This document shows, in pieces, positions 40,070-51,415 of a stretch of 64,000 nucleotides of DNA. The notes beneath the pieces were generated by a model. The model worked only from the letters and a program-made list of their open reading frames with translations, made no database searches and was not told where the DNA came from. Both the position numbers and the translations under genes were made by a program. The stretch is from the NCBI GenBank assembly GCA_965208635.1, contig OZ242349.1:4992468-5056467 (forward strand), given 5' to 3'. This DNA is from Candidatus Poribacteria bacterium (GTDB lineage Bacteria; Poribacteria; WGA-4E; WGA-3G). Position 1 is the stretch's first letter. Each line of letters starts with the position of its first letter.

Positions 40070-40711
40070 ATGTTAGAACATGAAATTAAGGGACTTCAGC
40101 ACAAAATCTTGGAAATGGCAGGGCTTGCGGAACAGATGCTGCGCCAAGCTATCGAATCTATTTTAACACGAGATAGCGCGTTAGCCCAACTCGTTGTTGA
40201 TACAGACGATAAGATTGATTTGTTTGAAAACGAGATCGAATCAATGTGCATTCAACTAATCGCACTCCACCAACCGGTAGCCGTAGAACTCCGATTTCTA
40301 ACAACAGCGATGAAGGTTAACCACAACATTGAAAGGATAGCGGATAAAAGCGTTGCCATCGCCAAACGGAGCATTGAGCTGTCGGAACACCCGCCGGTCA
40401 AACCGTTCGTGGATCTACCCTATGTCGCACAAGTGATTCAAGCAATGGTGAAAGACGCGATAGATGCCTTCGTCAATCGGAATGCTGACCATGCATTAGA
40501 AATTCGAGAACGGGACAATGAGGTAGACGAGATTTATGAAAAGATGCTCCACGAACTTCTGACAATTTTAAGCGAACATCCCAAATTTATCCAGCCCGGC
40601 ATCAGCCTCCTACTTCTTTTCCGACACTTAGAACGGATAGGCGACCTCGCGGCACACATCGGTGAAGAGGTATATTACCTTGTCAAAGGCGATGTAATTC
40701 GGCATTCCTAA
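40070..40711 (+). CDS. phoU: Phosphate signalling protein PhoU
   Basis: QPVAVELR, IERIAD, LERIGD; start set at MLEHEIK. Confidence 0.95.
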   Translation: MLEHEIKGLQHKILEMAGLAEQMLRQAIESILTRDSALAQLVVDTDDKIDLFENEIESMCIQLIALHQPVAVELRFLTTAMKVNHNIERIADKSVAIAKRSIELSEHPPVKPFVDLPYVAQVIQAMVKDAIDAFVNRNADHALEIRERDNEVDEIYEKMLHELLTILSEHPKFIQPGISLLLLFRHLERIGDLAAHIGEEVYYLVKGDVIRHS

Positions 40712-40782
40712 GAATAGCAGTCAGCAAAAAGGATATCGTCGAAAACCTTTTTACTGCTCGCCGACAGTCGATAGCCAATATT

Positions 40783-40812
40783 GTCGGGATTCGGAGATCC
40801 CTCCTACAGAAG
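40783..40812 (-). repeat. GTAG-type REP
   Basis: gtcgggattcggagatccctcctacagaag identical at 48407-48436. Confidence 0.85.
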
Positions 40813-40833
40813 CCCTGAATGACCCTCCACCTA

Positions 40834-40951
40834 TATAGTAAAGCCCGCAATGACTTATACACTAACAGAGGGACGAGGTTAGAAACCTCGCCAGCAGGGG
40901 TATGGGTTTTCTTCTCTGAAGACTGTCCATGTATTTTCAGAAACTACTATA
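40834..40951. mobile_element. MITE-like element (tatagtaaag ends)
   Basis: Homologous to 20938-21101; internal cgaggttagaaacctcg hairpin. Confidence 0.65.
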
Positions 40952-40972
40952 TAAATCCGACTATCAAGATTG

Positions 40973-42157
40973 TTATTCGGTTTCCGCGGGATAAAAATGG
41001 ACATCTCGTTGCGGGAAGGGGATTCCTATGTTATTCTCCTTAAATTTTTCCCAAATCATGAAATGAAGATCACTGGCAACATCAAAACGCTGAAAACAAT
41101 CGGGAATCCACGCCAACAATTCAAAATCCAAGGACGATTCTCCGAAGTCAGTAAAGCGGACAAACGGGGCGGTGACGTTTTCGAGAGCAGGATCGGGTTC
41201 TTTAATTATCTCCGGATGCGCGTGGGCGACTTCAAGGAGGAGATTTTTGACAAGTGTCACATCTGAACGATATGATACGCCCACCGAAATCTGAAGTCGA
41301 TAGCGGTTATTATAGTGCGTGAGGTTATGAACGGATTCTGTAATTAACTGGGAATTCGGGACGATAATTTCCTTTTCATCCAGCGCGACGATGATTGTTG
41401 AACGAAGGTTGATGCTGCCGACCCTACCAAAGATGTTAACGTCCATAATCTCCACGAGATCCCCAATTTTGATAGGACGTTCAAAAATCAGAATAAATCC
41501 CGAAATCACGTTTGAAGCGATATTCTGTAAGCCGAAACCGATACCGATACTCAGCCCGCCAAAAATCAACGCCAAGCTTGTGAAACTCACCCCGATGGTG
41601 CTGAGGCTGATAATGACCCCAACAATGATAAGACTGAAGTGAAGGAAGCGGAGTAAGATAAATTGGGTATGCTCGGCAATTTGAAAAGCCTGTAAGACCT
41701 GTCGCCGCAGCACCCATTGGACATATTTTGAGAGAATAAACATTCCGAAGACAATGACAAACCCATAAAAAAGTCGCGCCAACGTTAATTTCGCTGTTTC
41801 TGCAGTAACACCGGTCTCCTGAGTTTCCTGGGGAGGTTGAAAAAGATCCGTAAGCGGATAATCAAAAAGTTTACCAAAGAATCCAGTGCTAATTCCTGCG
41901 AACCGGAATGCCAAGCTGATCCCAAAAATCAGGATGACCAAGAACAGCAGTGCGAGCAACCGATTGCTGAGACTTTTTGGTATTCCGAGTCTATCGAAAA
42001 GGCGTCGGAACCATCGGCGTAAAAAGCCTGCGATTACCAATGTGACTGCTAAAGTTGCAATTAACCAAACAACTTGGATGACTTTTACAGGTTCCTCACC
42101 TAAAGTGATCACCCGCATTTGAAGTAAATCCAGAATTTGTCGAATTAACTCATCCAT
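40973..42157 (-). CDS. mscS: Small-conductance mechanosensitive channel
   Basis: GIGFGLQNIASN, FERPIKIGD, IIVPNS, IPFPQRDVH. Confidence 0.92.
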   Translation of the reverse strand: MDELIRQILDLLQMRVITLGEEPVKVIQVVWLIATLAVTLVIAGFLRRWFRRLFDRLGIPKSLSNRLLALLFLVILIFGISLAFRFAGISTGFFGKLFDYPLTDLFQPPQETQETGVTAETAKLTLARLFYGFVIVFGMFILSKYVQWVLRRQVLQAFQIAEHTQFILLRFLHFSLIIVGVIISLSTIGVSFTSLALIFGGLSIGIGFGLQNIASNVISGFILIFERPIKIGDLVEIMDVNIFGRVGSINLRSTIIVALDEKEIIVPNSQLITESVHNLTHYNNRYRLQISVGVSYRSDVTLVKNLLLEVAHAHPEIIKEPDPALENVTAPFVRFTDFGESSLDFELLAWIPDCFQRFDVASDLHFMIWEKFKENNIGIPFPQRDVHFYPAETE

Positions 42158-42268
42158 CTAATGCCAGCCTACTTGCTATCGTGTGTTTACAAAAACGCAA
42201 CACCCTATGACTTCCAGAAACATTTTGCCTCTTAGCTGAGTTTCAGGCTGTAAATCGAGACGTTTGCA

Positions 42269-44542
42269 CTAATCGATTGAGATTTGTTCAATTGCATGAA
42301 CGAACAACACGTCATTGGCTGCCGCATAGGACTGCAGTGTTTGCCCTAATTTTTCGGAGTAGAGGTCTTCTCCTGCTAAGCCTGCAATAACCAAATCGCT
42401 CTGAGAGGATCGGTGCTCTATCTCCTCTTCTAAAGCCTTCTGACTGCTGTAAGACACAGAAGTCACATTATGCATTGAAATCGGCAGTCTTCCCTCTTTC
42501 ATTAGCGTCGAAAGTCTGTTCGCCTCACGTTCAGCATCCGTAGCCTCGGAACAAGCAAAAAGCCGAATCTCAGCACGTCTCCAATCTGAATGTCCTACGA
42601 TGATATACGCGAGCAACAGCATCATTGGAGCGTTTTTCAAGTTGTCCTCCGTCACCCACACATCAATCGAAGAGCGATACCCAAAGCGGTACCCCGTCGA
42701 TCGCAGGACCAGGACATTGAACAATGAATTCGCAGCAAGACGTATTCCTTCCTGAACCTCTTCAATCTCGTCAGGGTTGTCTCGATGGAACTCAAGGAGA
42801 ACACAATTATTTGGTAGCCCAGAAATTCCGGGCATTTGCAATATTTGTGCCAGAGCGAGTTTAAACGTCGGGCAAATTATGGAATCGACAAAGATACCGG
42901 CTCTGCTGACCTCTGTCCTTTTAATTAATTCATCAACGTGAACGCGGGCTTGGAGCTCGCTGGAAAACGAATAGTCCCCAGTGAACAGACGGATGAAGTG
43001 CCCGAACCCGTGCCTGTGGCAGATCCAGCGGAGCAAATCGAAATGTCCGAGTCGGCGCTCTCCGAATCGAGTCATCGCAACGATCGATGGACGCCATCCA
43101 CCTTCAGACGAAATGACACGGCTCTTCTGTAAGGTAATTTGCAACCACCGGGTTAACTGAAACATTGTCCCTTGGAAGATTGCGGTCAAGTCTCGCTGTC
43201 CCTTGTGGCTCCTACGGAGCCCGAGGTAGGTCACCGCCATGAGTCCAATTGAGATAAACGCATATAACGCGCTTATTTGAAACATCATCAAACCGCACAT
43301 GACAGTGCCCAACAGGGACAAGTACCAGCGAGAATGGAAGGTAGGACGATAAGACGGATTACTCGCAAAATGCTCAAGGAACGACACCGCACAGAGCGCG
43401 CCATAAGTTACCATGAAGAACATTGTCAAGATCTGTGCGATAAAGTCCAATTCGCCAATCGCCACGAAAACAATCGCAATGATGCCTGATACAAATGTTG
43501 CATATACCGGTTCCTGCGACTCGCCTACGCCTTTTTCCATAAGGCGGTTCAGCTGCGGAATAGGTAGCACATTGTCTCGGGCAAGCATTTGCAACGTTCG
43601 GGGAGCCACCATAATTGATCCGAGGGCAGAGGAGAAGGCAGCGGCACCCAATCCGATGTAGATAGCAGGTCCCCACAGAGAAACCTTTGCCATGATAAAC
43701 TCGTCGGCATCAAGTACCTCAGGCGTGGCACTCTGTCCCAACTTGATAGCGACAAGTACATATATGACCATGCCAGTGAATGTCGCGCCGATGGTACCGA
43801 GCGGTATACTTCTTTGCGGGTTTCTCAGATCACCAGATAACCCAAGCCCTGCAATCATACCAGTGAAAGCGGGAAAGCATGTAGCGAAAACTATCCCAAA
43901 ACTATCAGGATCCTCAATACGTGCTGTAAGATTCAATCCTTCGGGTCGAATTGTTTCAGGTCCTTGTCCCAACAGGAATGAAATTATTGATGCTGTCAAG
44001 ATTGCACAGACGCCCCACAGAAGTCGAACCCCTATCCCCGCTCCCTTCGTTAGCATCAGAACAAGCATCAGAACTGTGGCAGGAATACTCATCCAACGAG
44101 GATCGGGAATCAATCCGTAAGTTGTCGCAACCCAGTCATAAACTGGTTGAAAAGATTGTGCGAACGCCACGATATAGAAGGCGACTGAGATCGCTTGGGA
44201 GATATACAGCGCAATTCCGATAGAACCTCCGATACTTTCACCAAACGAACGGCTGACAATATAGTAGGCACCACCACCCGCCACGCGACGGTTCGTCGCA
44301 ATTTCAGACACCGCCAGAACCGTCGGGACGGTCACAAGATGCCCAAGTGCGATAACCATGAGGCTACCCCAGAGTCCGACGTGTGCGACGGCGTAACCGA
44401 ACCGCAAGAAGAGAATTGCACCAAGAATTGTACTCACCGAAGCGAGGAATACCGGAGCAGTCCCGAAACCATGCCCATGTTGGGAACTCGGAGCAGTACC
44501 ACTGAGATGAGATTCGGATTGCTGTCCTGGGTTTGAAAACAT
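42269..44542 (-). CDS. Cation-chloride cotransporter-like (SLC12/APC) permease
   Basis: ILGAILFLR, IATN...GGGAYYIVSRSFG, FPAFTGMIAG..LSGDL; large soluble C-terminal domain. Confidence 0.85.
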   Translation of the reverse strand: MFSNPGQQSESHLSGTAPSSQHGHGFGTAPVFLASVSTILGAILFLRFGYAVAHVGLWGSLMVIALGHLVTVPTVLAVSEIATNRRVAGGGAYYIVSRSFGESIGGSIGIALYISQAISVAFYIVAFAQSFQPVYDWVATTYGLIPDPRWMSIPATVLMLVLMLTKGAGIGVRLLWGVCAILTASIISFLLGQGPETIRPEGLNLTARIEDPDSFGIVFATCFPAFTGMIAGLGLSGDLRNPQRSIPLGTIGATFTGMVIYVLVAIKLGQSATPEVLDADEFIMAKVSLWGPAIYIGLGAAAFSSALGSIMVAPRTLQMLARDNVLPIPQLNRLMEKGVGESQEPVYATFVSGIIAIVFVAIGELDFIAQILTMFFMVTYGALCAVSFLEHFASNPSYRPTFHSRWYLSLLGTVMCGLMMFQISALYAFISIGLMAVTYLGLRRSHKGQRDLTAIFQGTMFQLTRWLQITLQKSRVISSEGGWRPSIVAMTRFGERRLGHFDLLRWICHRHGFGHFIRLFTGDYSFSSELQARVHVDELIKRTEVSRAGIFVDSIICPTFKLALAQILQMPGISGLPNNCVLLEFHRDNPDEIEEVQEGIRLAANSLFNVLVLRSTGYRFGYRSSIDVWVTEDNLKNAPMMLLLAYIIVGHSDWRRAEIRLFACSEATDAEREANRLSTLMKEGRLPISMHNVTSVSYSSQKALEEEIEHRSSQSDLVIAGLAGEDLYSEKLGQTLQSYAAANDVLFVHAIEQISID

Positions 44543-45014
44543 CGCTATTTTCCTTTCGTTAAGCAAACATGGCTAACATTGAAAAACGAGAATCTGAGAT
44601 GAAGTATTGATTCTCATTCGTTATTATAAGAATATATAAAAAACATATCGCCATGTCTGCTGGAAATATTAATTCGATTCTCCATGAGTCTTAAGCTTTC
44701 ACCATATATTAACGTTATGGATTGAAGGCTCCAGTAGAACTGTATTGTGTTCTCATGAAAACCTACTCATATCCTATAAGTTTAAATTAATTTCAACGGT
44801 ATGTCAATCAATTCTTCATACCTTTCACGTCAGGTTGTGCCTCTTAAACCGATAGGAATGGTTCCCTAACCGTTCTATCTGTGTGAAGAAGCAGGCAAAA
44901 CCTAATTGATTTTTCAAACTAAATTATCCTGCGATAAAAGCACTCAACTTGCTAAAAAAATGTATCTGTGATATTTTAACTCATCAGATATTTTGGTAAA
45001 AAAAGGGGAAAATC

Positions 45015-46202
45015 ATGGCGGTCCAGATTGCAATTATCGGATGCGGTGGGATGGCAAACGGGCATCTCAACGCCTATCTTACAATACACCAAACAGAACC
45101 GGGTAAAGTAGAACTCGTGGCGATGTGCGATGAAGTCAAAGAACGAGCAGATCAGTTCGCTAACCGGGTTAAAGAGGTAACGGGTAAAAAGCCTGCGATA
45201 TTTGATGACACCGATACAATGCTCGCGAAAGTGGATTTAGATGGAGCAGATATCTGCACATCGCACGCACATCACCACATCAACGCGATAAAGTGCCTCA
45301 ACAGCGGTGTCAACGTCATGGTAGAGAAACCGATGGGTGTTACCGTTAGAGCCAGCCATGCGATCATCGCAGCAGCGGAATCGAATAACAAAATCGCGGC
45401 AACAGCTGAGAACATCCGTCGAATGCCGAGTCGGCGCACCGCGGAATGGTTAATGAACGAGAAGCAGATGCTGGGAAATTTACGAATGTTCTCAGCACAA
45501 CACGCCTCTTATCGGGAACCAGATCCGCAAAGTGATTGGCACTGGCGGCTCGACCTAACACTCGGCGGCGGTGGCATGGTGATGGATTCTGGAGCGCACT
45601 ATTGTGATACCATACGCTATCTCTTCGGTGACCCAGATACCGTGTACGGACGCGTCTGTCAATTCGAGGATCTGCAAGTTACCAAAGCAGGGGAACTCGT
45701 CAAGAACGAGCAAGAGGACACCTGGGTCGCAACTATTAACTTTAAAAATGGAGTCATCGGACTCTGGACGTGCACATGGGCGGCAGTCGGACACGATTAC
45801 CATCATGTTGTCTACTATGGCAGCGAAGGATGCCTGCTCGATGACGGCGACATATTCCACGGTCCGTTCGATGGTGCGGAAGTGATTCTTAAAGATGGCA
45901 CCCGTCATAGTATGGAAAGCCTTATCACCGAGTATAGGTCAAGTCTCTCGGATGAAGAAGAAGCGCGGCTCTTTCCCCACAACTTCACCGATGGCGTCGT
46001 TCTTGAATGTTATGATTTTGCGGATGCAATAGAAAATAACCGTCCACCCGAACTCGACGCAGAGGTAGGGCTACGGGCGAAATCCATCTGTGAAGCGATT
46101 TACGAGTCTAATGCCTGTGGACAGGCTGTTGACTACGAAGAGGTGGTGGCAGGCGATATTGAAGTCTACCAGAAACCGATCAACGAACGGTGGAACCTCT
46201 AA
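45015..46202 (+). CDS. Gfo/Idh/MocA family oxidoreductase
   Basis: IIGCGGMA, VEKPM, GGGMVMDSGAH. Confidence 0.92.
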   Translation: MAVQIAIIGCGGMANGHLNAYLTIHQTEPGKVELVAMCDEVKERADQFANRVKEVTGKKPAIFDDTDTMLAKVDLDGADICTSHAHHHINAIKCLNSGVNVMVEKPMGVTVRASHAIIAAAESNNKIAATAENIRRMPSRRTAEWLMNEKQMLGNLRMFSAQHASYREPDPQSDWHWRLDLTLGGGGMVMDSGAHYCDTIRYLFGDPDTVYGRVCQFEDLQVTKAGELVKNEQEDTWVATINFKNGVIGLWTCTWAAVGHDYHHVVYYGSEGCLLDDGDIFHGPFDGAEVILKDGTRHSMESLITEYRSSLSDEEEARLFPHNFTDGVVLECYDFADAIENNRPPELDAEVGLRAKSICEAIYESNACGQAVDYEEVVAGDIEVYQKPINERWNL

Positions 46203-47492
46203 TTGTCTAAACAGGAACGTTCTCCAACAAATCCTGCGGCAGAACAACGGGCAATCGGAAAGCCGGTCGGTTATTTTGAACTGATTCTACAGAATGCTAA
46301 CTTCCGCTGGCTCTGGGGCGGGCAAGTCGTCAGTCTGCTCGGAGATTGGTTTAACCTCATCGCGTCTGCAATCCTAATTGCTGAACTAACTGACTCCGGT
46401 CTCGCATTAGGTGTCCTGTTTACCATCCGAATGCTGGCACCATTTGTCGTTGCTCCGATTGCGGGGGTATTTGCTGACAGATACAACCGGAAGCATCTGT
46501 TAATCATCACTGACCTCGTCCGTGCTGTCGTCGTCCTCGGATTTCTCTTTGTTCAAGACGCAAACGATATCTGGTTGCTTTATGTCCTCACGACACTTCT
46601 GTTCGGTGTAAGCGGCTTTTTCAGTCCTGCCCGGAGCGCGATCCTACCAGACATCACCTCCCCACAAGAACTCGGTACTGCCAATACGCTTGGGGCAGCC
46701 TCATGGTCGGTTATGCTTGCCGTCGGTGCTGCTATTGGGGGCTTAACAACAGGACTCTTTGGTAGCCAGACGGCTTTCGTTATTGACGGATTTACCTTCG
46801 CTATTTCGGCAGGACTCTTGCTGAAGATCAAACTACCGAGTTCATCATCCACTGCTGGAGGGACTTCGGGGGGTGCGAGGTTAACAGCACTACGCTATAT
46901 GCTTCAGCATCCCGATATTCTTATCATTGCCATGCATAAGGCAGCGATATCCTTTTTAATGTCTACTGGGCTTCAGGTCGTGTTGGTTGAAATCTCCAAT
47001 AGTTATTTCGTTATCGGGGTCGGTGGTGCGCTGAGTTTAGGGATGATATACTGCATAAACGGTATTGGCAGTGGTATTGGTCCGATTCTCGCGCGGCGTT
47101 GGACCGGCGATCGGGATAAACCGCTCCGAGTCAGCATCACCCTCGGTTACTTAATTGCGGTAATCGGCATAGCGATTATGGCACCTCTCTTGAATTTTGA
47201 ATCCGTGCTTCTCGGTGGGCTTGTTAGGAGCATCGGTGGTGGGATTGTATGGGTGTTTTCAACCCAGTTACTACTTCAGCGCGCCCCGAACGAAATCCGA
47301 GGACGTATTTTCGGCACTGAATTCGCTCTTTTTACACTCATGGGCGGTGCCAGTTCACTGATCATTGGGATACTGTTAGACCGGTTTCAGATACAGATGA
47401 TCTTGTGGGGAATGGCAGCACTCAACCTGATTCCAGCACTGCTATGGGGGTTATGGTATAGACATTACAGCCGGACAGGACAGAAAAGGTAA
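46203..47492 (+). CDS. MFS transporter (DHA3/MefA-like)
   Basis: GVFADRYNRK motif A; about 12 TM. Confidence 0.9.
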   Translation: MSKQERSPTNPAAEQRAIGKPVGYFELILQNANFRWLWGGQVVSLLGDWFNLIASAILIAELTDSGLALGVLFTIRMLAPFVVAPIAGVFADRYNRKHLLIITDLVRAVVVLGFLFVQDANDIWLLYVLTTLLFGVSGFFSPARSAILPDITSPQELGTANTLGAASWSVMLAVGAAIGGLTTGLFGSQTAFVIDGFTFAISAGLLLKIKLPSSSSTAGGTSGGARLTALRYMLQHPDILIIAMHKAAISFLMSTGLQVVLVEISNSYFVIGVGGALSLGMIYCINGIGSGIGPILARRWTGDRDKPLRVSITLGYLIAVIGIAIMAPLLNFESVLLGGLVRSIGGGIVWVFSTQLLLQRAPNEIRGRIFGTEFALFTLMGGASSLIIGILLDRFQIQMILWGMAALNLIPALLWGLWYRHYSRTGQKR

Positions 47493-47503
47493 AATTAAAA
47501 AAC

Positions 47504-48094
47504 TTATTCCTTCCATCGTTGAATCAACCCCATATCTATTCCAAACTGGTCCAAGATTTTTGTAACAACGAAGTTGAGTAGATCGTCTACATCTTTTGGA
47601 TAGTGATAAAACCCAGGCATCGCTGGTAACACACAAACCCCCATGCGCGATAGTTTTAGCATATTTTCCAAATGGATGGGACTTAAAGGGGTTTCGCGCG
47701 GGACAACTACGAGTTTACGATTCTCCTTTATACACACATCCGCTGCGCGTTGGATAAGATTGCGCGACATCCCTCCCGCGATAGAGGCAATGCTCCCCAT
47801 ACTACAAGGCACAACAACCATTCCCTCAGTCCGGAAAGAACCGCTGGCGATCGGTGCCGCGATGTCCGATTCATGGTGGTATATAACTTGCGGTGAAGAA
47901 ACACCAATGAGTGATTCCAACTCGAAATTGTCAAGGTCGACTTCAAGCTGAAGTTCTTCAGACAAGGCACGCGCCCCAGATGAAGAAATTGTTAGATGTA
48001 TCTCTATATCCGCTTGTTTCGTGAGCACTTGGAGCAAGCGGACTCCATATACACCTGCGCTTGCGCCGGTTATTCCGACAATTAATCGTTTCAA
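47504..48094 (-). CDS. ubiX: Flavin prenyltransferase UbiX
   Basis: VGITGASAG, ASGS, PCSMG, RAADV..KE.R.LV.VPRETP; TTG start after AAGGAG. Confidence 0.95.
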   Translation of the reverse strand: MKRLIVGITGASAGVYGVRLLQVLTKQADIEIHLTISSSGARALSEELQLEVDLDNFELESLIGVSSPQVIYHHESDIAAPIASGSFRTEGMVVVPCSMGSIASIAGGMSRNLIQRAADVCIKENRKLVVVPRETPLSPIHLENMLKLSRMGVCVLPAMPGFYHYPKDVDDLLNFVVTKILDQFGIDMGLIQRWKE

Positions 48095-48374
48095 TGACCA
48101 CGTTCTCCTTTGCGTGAATTGCGTACAACCTTTAACAATATCCGTGCCCGTAAACACCGATATTATATCTGGTTATGGAAAATTTGCAAGGGAAAACCGC
48201 TGTAGCTGAGGTATTCAGTTTCGAAGGTTAGAAGAGAGGTAGCGGAGACAGGACTACTTATTGTGTTCGTAGGTTGGGTTGCGTTTGCGAAACTCACCGC
48301 CTTTGATATTCGCACCGATGTAAAAGACGTTGTGACCGGGAGGGCACTCTTACAAGAAGAAGCATCAAAGACGA

Positions 48375-48450
48375 TCGCGATCAGGAGAGCGCTCCTACAG
48401 CAAGAGGTCGGGATTCGGAGATCCCTCCTACAGAAGAACTGAATGACCCT
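48375..48450 (-). repeat. Tandem GTAG-type REPs
   Basis: tcgcgatcaggagagcgctcctaca followed by gtcgggattcggagatccctcctaca; related copy at about 35636-35659. Confidence 0.8.
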
Positions 48451-48560
48451 GAGCAGCATAGTTCTATCACTTGACAGAAAAATGTATAACGGGTAAACTA
48501 AGCGCAGAAACCTATATTGACGTAAGGCGTTGCTTGTCAGCCCGTACCACGAGGAAAACT

Positions 48561-49604
48561 ATGAACATCACTGCCTTAGACACACCCGCACTTGCCGCAG
48601 ATCTGGACGTGCTTGAACGGAACATCGAGGGTATGGCAACACTCTGCGACCAACTCGGTGTCCCCCTACGCGTTCATACCAAAACGCATAAAGTGCCAGA
48701 AATCGCTAAATTGCAGATCGCTGCCGGTTCCGAAGGCATTACCTGTCAGAAATTGGGTGAAGCCGAGGTGATGGTGGATGCTGGAATCGACAATATCCTT
48801 ATCCCCTATAATATCGTCGGAACACCGAAACTGAAGCGATTGACAAAACTCGTGAAACGTGCCAAGATTATCGTCGCCCTCGATTCAGAGGAGACAGCGC
48901 AAGGCATCTCACAACAGGCACACACCGATAACTGTACTGTTCCGGTTGTTGTGGAACTCGATACCGGAAGTGGACGTTGTGGTGTGCAGTCCCCCCAAAA
49001 AGCACAAAGCCTCGCGCGACAGATTGTGAAAATGCCCGGCATTGACCTCCAAGGCGTGATGACGTATCCGAGCAATATCCAAGCGAAGCCATTTATCGAA
49101 GAAACGCTTGACCTGCTCTCAAGCGACGGGATTCCTGTGAACATCATTAGTGGTGGTGGCACAGGATCGGAAGCGGCATCAAAGGAACTCGGCTGCACGG
49201 AAACACGGAGCGGATCTTATGTCTACGAGGGTATGACTCGGATTGGCAATTCCGAGATGCTCGCGCCTGATAGGTGTGTCCTGCGCGTCATCGCAACCGT
49301 CGTCAGCACGCCGACACCTGAGCGGATTATCATTGACGGCGGGATGAAGACTTTCGCCAGTTATCCGCCAACGCCCTACGGGCATATTATTGAACATCCC
49401 GACGCGAAGATTTACGGTATGTCCGTTGAACACGGGCATGTGGATGTCAGTGGATGCTCACACCGATTTAAAGTCGGGGAGCAACTTTCCGTTATCCCGT
49501 TGCATCAAGGGATGACGAGCAATCTGCACGATGAACTGGTAGGTATAAGAGGCAATACTGTCGAAACAATCTGGCAAATCGCAGGCAGGGGCCGCGTTTC
49601 TTAA
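48561..49604 (+). CDS. PLP-dependent D-threonine aldolase / D-serine dehydratase (DSD1) family enzyme
   Basis: LDTPAL, RVHTKTHK, CQKLGEAE, SGGGT, DGGMKT, SVEHG. Confidence 0.88.
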   Translation: MNITALDTPALAADLDVLERNIEGMATLCDQLGVPLRVHTKTHKVPEIAKLQIAAGSEGITCQKLGEAEVMVDAGIDNILIPYNIVGTPKLKRLTKLVKRAKIIVALDSEETAQGISQQAHTDNCTVPVVVELDTGSGRCGVQSPQKAQSLARQIVKMPGIDLQGVMTYPSNIQAKPFIEETLDLLSSDGIPVNIISGGGTGSEAASKELGCTETRSGSYVYEGMTRIGNSEMLAPDRCVLRVIATVVSTPTPERIIIDGGMKTFASYPPTPYGHIIEHPDAKIYGMSVEHGHVDVSGCSHRFKVGEQLSVIPLHQGMTSNLHDELVGIRGNTVETIWQIAGRGRVS

Positions 49605-49777
49605 TCAGGAACGTGAGTTTGATAAAAGTATCAAGTTGGGTTTCGCTACGGTTATTTAAGCAGAAAGTGTCTTGAAAAAGGGCAGATTTGTCCCAATAAT
49701 AAGGCTTTTCGTGTGCATTTACCGCTCTACCCAACCTACGAATTTATTTTCAAGATCACGTTAAGGAAAATTAAAAA

Positions 49778-50494
49778 ATGATTCTACCGACATCCGAACA
49801 GAAAGAACAGTGGGAAGAAGAAGGGTATCTCGTTTTTGAAAACGCAATTCAAGGGGAAGACCTCAAGCGACTCCAAACCGCTTTCGACTATTGGGCAGAT
49901 GCGTGCAAAGAAGAATGGCTGGATAGAGTTGAAGCGGGAGAGTCTGTCGCAACCTTCTACGACATCCCAAATCCGCTTGAAAAGGACCCTATCTTCATCG
50001 ATATTATCGACTATCCGAGCTACTACGGCGCGTTGATGGCGTTCACTGACCACGACCTGATTCTATTGGGACCACAGGTTCGGACGGTGGCACCGTGGCC
50101 CGTGAGCTACACCGGATGGCATCCCGATGTAGGACATGACAATCCACTCCACATCAAGGTCCAAATCTACGTCAATGATGTCGAACAGGGAGGTGGGGAA
50201 TTCGGATTTGTCCCGGGCAGTCATAAACCCGATGCGGGTCCGTACACACGCCCGACGCGGCAAGAGAGTATGCCGGGACACAAAGCTTTCCCCGGTAAAG
50301 CAGGCACAGCGATTATGTTCAATTCGTGTGGATGGCACGTTTCAATGGACAATCATTCTGATGTGCCGCGTAAATCCATTATCCTGATTTACGAAAAACG
50401 GACACCGGGACGTGTTGGACCTGAGCAGCATGCCTCTATCTCGGAGTACTGCCAGACCCCCGAACGTCGTAAGTTGTTTAGTTTGGACGGCTAA
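49778..50494 (+). CDS. PhyH-family dioxygenase
   Basis: WHPD, FVPGSH, GWH. Confidence 0.87.
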   Translation: MILPTSEQKEQWEEEGYLVFENAIQGEDLKRLQTAFDYWADACKEEWLDRVEAGESVATFYDIPNPLEKDPIFIDIIDYPSYYGALMAFTDHDLILLGPQVRTVAPWPVSYTGWHPDVGHDNPLHIKVQIYVNDVEQGGGEFGFVPGSHKPDAGPYTRPTRQESMPGHKAFPGKAGTAIMFNSCGWHVSMDNHSDVPRKSIILIYEKRTPGRVGPEQHASISEYCQTPERRKLFSLDG

Positions 50495-50510
50495 TCAAAG
50501 GAGGGCACCT

Positions 50511-51404
50511 ATGCCACGAATTGACGCGCATCTGCATGTATTCACAAAAGCCTCCGCCGAGTTTCCACGAGAGATCTCAGACGTTTGGCCCGCAGAACGG
50601 GAAGAGCCTGTCGAAAAACTGTTAGATGAGATGGAGAAACACCAGATCGATCAGGCAGTTCTTGTCCAGATGGCTGGTGCGAGCATCGAGAACCACCGTT
50701 ACTTACTGCGCTGTCTCAAAGCGTATCCAAACCGCTTTTTAGGGATCGGATTGGTCCCAGAGGGACATCCGAACCCTGCTGACCACATGGCGGAACTGAC
50801 AGATGAGACTGGGATTATTGGATTCCGATTTTCCACATTTGGGGGACCGCGTGATATTTTTGCGAAGATGAATGTCCGCGAGTTTGAGGCGTATCCGATC
50901 TGGAAGTGCGCTGCTGAACGCGATTATGTCTTGTGGCTCTATCCGAACGCCATCAATGCCCACCTCCTGCCCTATCTGGTACAAGAATTCCCGCAGGTAC
51001 GGATTGTGCTCAATCATCTGGCTGTGTGCCCAGGAAAAGGCAAATTCAGTTGGGACAAATTCGGGAGACCTCAGATACAGGTGACAGGTTACAACCTTAC
51101 TATGCACACCACCTATCGACTCGCGCGCTTTGAAAATGTCAATGTGCATCTCTCTGGTCAATACGCCTTTAGCACGGAAGAATTCCCTTATAAAGATTTG
51201 GCGGGATGGCACCGAGGTCTTTTGACGGGCTTTGGGGCAAAACGATTGATGTGGGCAACCGATTTTCCATGGATATTGGAAGAACCGGGGTATGGGAAAC
51301 TGACCACAGTGATAGAAGAATTATTACCCGATCTATCCGAAGCGGAATTGGCGGACATTATGGGCGGGAATGCGAAACGGATTTTAAGGTTTCCTGACCT
51401 GTAA
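50511..51404 (+). CDS. Amidohydrolase_2 family protein
   Basis: IDAHLH, LNHL, LMWATDFP, IMGGNA; AAGGAGG SD. Confidence 0.88.
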   Translation: MPRIDAHLHVFTKASAEFPREISDVWPAEREEPVEKLLDEMEKHQIDQAVLVQMAGASIENHRYLLRCLKAYPNRFLGIGLVPEGHPNPADHMAELTDETGIIGFRFSTFGGPRDIFAKMNVREFEAYPIWKCAAERDYVLWLYPNAINAHLLPYLVQEFPQVRIVLNHLAVCPGKGKFSWDKFGRPQIQVTGYNLTMHTTYRLARFENVNVHLSGQYAFSTEEFPYKDLAGWHRGLLTGFGAKRLMWATDFPWILEEPGYGKLTTVIEELLPDLSEAELADIMGGNAKRILRFPDL

Positions 51405-51415
51405 CAGGAAATCGT